Origin: Tubulanus polymorphus
Lineage: Eukaryota; Animalia; Nemertea
DNA: 64,000 nucleotides
Reading direction: 5' to 3'
Assembly (NCBI RefSeq): GCF_964204645.1
Contig: NC_134025.1
Span: forward strand, 29,120,299 to 29,184,298
The position numbers and the translations under genes are program-made. The notes below the pieces were generated by a model. That model ran no database searches, was not told the DNA's origin, and was given only the letters and a program-made list of their open reading frames with translations. Positions 61,601 through 64,000 of this stretch are shown here, one piece after another (position 1 is the stretch's first letter; each line of letters starts with the position of its first letter).

Positions 61601-63045
61601 AACTCTGTTTCAACGCCTGTGGAAATAAGTTCTGGTGAAATCACTCTCGGAGTCGAGCTTTTATCTTTTTTTAATTCGTCACCGTCTCTTTGGTCTAATG
61701 GAGCAGCATTATTGACGTCAATGATACCTTCTTTGGTAATTTCATCATCTCTGATTGCGTTAAACGCGGTATAACTATTTTGGACATTCGATGCTGGTAT
61801 GATAGAATCATTAATATTTGTTGATTTTTCTGCATCAGTTATAAGGTCAGACATGTTTAACGTATCAGGAATCCAGAACGGATTGTTGAAGCAATCTCCG
61901 TCATTATGAGATTCAGTTTGACAGCTCTTATCGTCGATATCGATGTCAGCTTGTGTTTCTACGGATGCCACCTCTTCTAATGACATCGGAAAACCTAGTT
62001 TTCGTGCCAATGCAGGATTAATGTGCGCCAGCATTGTTTGAGTAAACTTCGACTCCTTGATTACATCTGTTTGCGTCCCCTCCGATATCAACCATCCATC
62101 TTCAACCCATACTGATCCTGAAATGTTTGCTATAAAAGCTTGCGTGTACAACTCACTCGAATCTCGTAAATAACATTGCATTATTTTGTCATCAGCGTGA
62201 ACGAAGTCTACTGTCTGGGCAATACTATCTCTTCGTGCTTTAGGTTTTACGATTGTCGGGACATCTCGACCATAGTTTCCTTTAGTTTCAATGTTATTCT
62301 GGTCATTAATAATTTCCGTATTCAACTCATTTTCCGCATTTATATGGTTTAATTGTCCACCTTCAGGGATATTGTTTGATCTGTCATCAAATTCGTCAGC
62401 AAATTCAACAGTTTTGGTGCTCGATCGAGAATCAGTTGTTGGTTTAGTGTGATTATTCATGAATTCCAAACCTTGTCGTGAATCAACATATTCGACCATT
62501 TCTCGTGTGTTTACCTCTTCTATAATTTCCTCGCGTTCCAGTATATCGTCTTCAATCATCAAATCATTTGAATTATTGCGTATGAAATTTGCATATCCAT
62601 CCGTTAATCCAGGCGACGTGTTACCTGATTGTGTAGATTGAAGTGGCATCAATTTGTTATTGTCGTTGATATTGATATCCTCTCGTATACTCGGCAGTGC
62701 CGGTACACCTTCTTTTAACGGTGCATTTTCACATTTAATTACTTCTTCGATTTCGGCACCGAAGTTTTCGTCTGAATTGCAAACGCCGCTGTTCATCAAT
62801 TCATTCATCTGTTGCGACTCCAGAATTATTCCTAAATCTTTCATTTTCTTAAACTTCGCTTTCGCCTTTTCTATTTTACGGAGAAAAGATTTTCTAGTTT
62901 GAATACGTTTATTTCTTCGCCCAGGTTCTGTCTGTATGCATTCGTCCTCGGTACGTACAGCAGTTGTGTAATCAAGGCCTCCGTTAATCCCTCCTGAGTC
63001 TGACATGTCAGTACCAAATGCTCGCTCGTTAGACGTGGAATCCAT
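58624..63045 (-). CDS. Large (~1473 aa) disordered protein, single coding exon, with multiple TQT-like motifs and a Q/P/H tandem repeat
   Basis: 4.4-kb ORF with first ATG at 63045 (acaATGG). Acidic N-half, Q/P/N-rich middle, SPR-rich C-terminus. No globular domain recognised. Confidence 0.82.
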   Translation of the reverse strand: MDSTSNERAFGTDMSDSGGINGGLDYTTAVRTEDECIQTEPGRRNKRIQTRKSFLRKIEKAKAKFKKMKDLGIILESQQMNELMNSGVCNSDENFGAEIEEVIKCENAPLKEGVPALPSIREDININDNNKLMPLQSTQSGNTSPGLTDGYANFIRNNSNDLMIEDDILEREEIIEEVNTREMVEYVDSRQGLEFMNNHTKPTTDSRSSTKTVEFADEFDDRSNNIPEGGQLNHINAENELNTEIINDQNNIETKGNYGRDVPTIVKPKARRDSIAQTVDFVHADDKIMQCYLRDSSELYTQAFIANISGSVWVEDGWLISEGTQTDVIKESKFTQTMLAHINPALARKLGFPMSLEEVASVETQADIDIDDKSCQTESHNDGDCFNNPFWIPDTLNMSDLITDAEKSTNINDSIIPASNVQNSYTAFNAIRDDEITKEGIIDVNNAAPLDQRDGDELKKDKSSTPRVISPELISTGVETEFFEFPNVVNGTQTCFSTASSIASDFTYIDEWAEVSDSEFVTNNDDEFEVISNPDDDRNAIDNRDDEIQPINVLKEETLVLSEHNKINHTSSESKRKQLDITEPEMIAVTQVTEYAGRSPNFDFEENSDHFLSGNLSNSPKNGPLDSGDKTDSAARTSSPALPISAENDDGHILCENVSVLNSASYEGGNLTSQGTVKQLPTSPVNFDKSIQQQQQGQTHTSDQIANAQTGFPNQQISSSQGNPSNNQRTRGIPINAIYSNNQGGMPLYYETTKAANLEGGNNLNTYPITNGNQHQGAPETLSLPYGFIPSVLHSGDMSTAKTPNQIGTPPEPPNSYGFKQSIYNQEHVPPGTQGRSTNQLNTNLNQMMPNQGTPLVSQPVIRCRLTADGAMVREVCPPIPTELEGQQNMSHTQHGPPMPQPQHIGQPNMPQPQHIGQPNISAVQKHLRQPNMPQPMYLGQPNISQPQHVGQPNMPHQQHMEQPNIFEQQQHLGQTNISQPETIGTSIGNLRHDTSSNRKPETESSMNINLGNHNEAINVSTGFIPIGDSSSSDAPNSNTRNTDNFPTSEDSDKNHSVHIYTTRDELNESGYGTMTEAILSSQLPQRDSKPNVPRLQINDEDAENPEDDRSRCSSRMSTATVDEGTQTIGPDGRATPIFKKVKDEGTSPLSKGGLDKIRKDRVEVIERIIQDYDHPRTMTELAEAKLAYHMGSTDQLLETIDDPWYTDIMLPIVRGEPKEVDEQVKRVTKEYLEECTRQANESVNAIKQHHVAEMEEHIEEEERFMAARKTPEPRSPRSVTTRTELSEYHSPRSDYSGQRTPDYLSPRLSRRNIPTDGHKYKSVSAPISVTSMESREMNYAEPSTTQYSPRSAQSSRYQPRAFRDRNKEDPLPPNYRLNFHVTDTNRSDHYSLNPQVRSRSLGSPARTPSSPRFSRNRPKSPLVQFQSPSETMKNLLQIRRELVSGTIADHANEDEFKPRSRGPWNPKKNVRF
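60104..60352 (-). repeat. Coding tandem repeat, 33-36 bp units (~7 x PQPQHIGQPNM-like)
   Basis: Near-identical tgaggcatatttggctgtccaatatgctgtggt copies, plus degenerate units. Confidence 0.85.
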
Positions 63046-64000
63046 TGTGTCGAGATTATAGGCAATTAACAATTGATCCGATCGATCGTAATTAAAATAT
63101 TGTAATTAATATCCACCGTGCAGAAACGCGTCGATCATGACTCTGGTTTTTCCGAGATTCGATCTTTACAAATGGATATCCAAGTCGTTAAACATTTTTT
63201 ACACATTTCCAGAGTTGTAAATTGCAGATCTTCACGGCGACTTTAAACACTTATAGTTTTGTCACAGAACTATTTACTTTTCTCGTCGGCGATGTTTGCA
63301 CTTCGAAAGCCGTCTTTCTACAAATGCAATTTATAAAGATATATATTAAAACTTCCCAGACTACTGTGTCCTTTCATCGAGCGTATTAAGAATATATACT
63401 TACACAACATTAGTACAATAAAATGTCAAACGAATTGAATGTGTACACTATCCGACAAAATAAACTAGTTCCCACTGAAATGCATTTCGGGGTTATATTG
63501 AAAAACCAATCCTGTTTATACCTGGATACGATTTATGCAAATATGCGTGGATTTTATGCTACAATTAGCAACGATTCAGTGGTCAGAAATAAGATTTAAG
63601 ACATGCCGAGTGAAGATTGACGTTGGATATTAAAGTCACGCTGTCATTATCAATCAAGTCGACAGGGAATCCCTTTAGCGAATTCTGAATGGAACTATAA
63701 ACTTTATGTTTAAGATTATGTTTGTATTTACGTATAGTTCGCTGTGACATATCAATATACACAAACCGTAGAGCTGAAAATTGGATTTTTACATGTTCTT
63801 AGTACATTATTCATTTCTTTTCAAATTCTCCAACTTGCACGAAAAATAAAATGGTCGCTTGTTTCGTTTAATCCAATGGCGTAACTTTTTCACTGGTCGA
63901 ATACATTTTGACGCATAAATCATTAAAAATCATACATCCCAGGAACAGGTGGACGTTATTACGTCAAGTTGAATGTCGTGCAAGTGTCAGGGGTGGCGAT

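Overview
Eukaryotic, AT-rich, intron-containing animal DNA. The compact invertebrate-type layout (mostly 60-150 bp introns) and gene content suggest a spiralian/lophotrochozoan, which is inference. I assembled about 11 protein-coding genes by hand from splice signals and reading-frame continuity. They are: a ~1895-aa disordered nuclear-type protein (-), an Ig-Ig-TM-TIR (IL-1R-like) receptor (+), a 75-aa Cys-rich membrane protein (-), FABP (+), AP-4 mu (+), mitochondrial Met-tRNA formyltransferase (+), a secreted acidic microexon-built protein (-), a PH-like/Cys-cluster orphan (-), two tandem intronless rhodopsin-class GPCRs (-) with a small basic orphan (+) between them, and a ~1473-aa disordered protein with many TQT motifs (-). 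Five observations stand out. (1) The apparently empty 32-49 kb region is a 17.4-kb first intron joining a signal-peptide exon to a granin/prohormone-like or biomineral-like acidic protein; it is rich in CRE and ETS sites. (2) Two U12 (minor spliceosome) introns lie 6 kb apart, one inside an Ig domain of the immune receptor. (3) The GPCR paralogs show a gene-conversion mosaic. (4) The last gene is a candidate multivalent LC8-binding scaffold. (5) There are several short inverted-repeat (MITE-like) elements and two long (AT)n tracts. No prokaryotic features, CRISPR, rRNA or convincing tRNA were seen. All gene models are manual and not checked against databases or RNA-seq.
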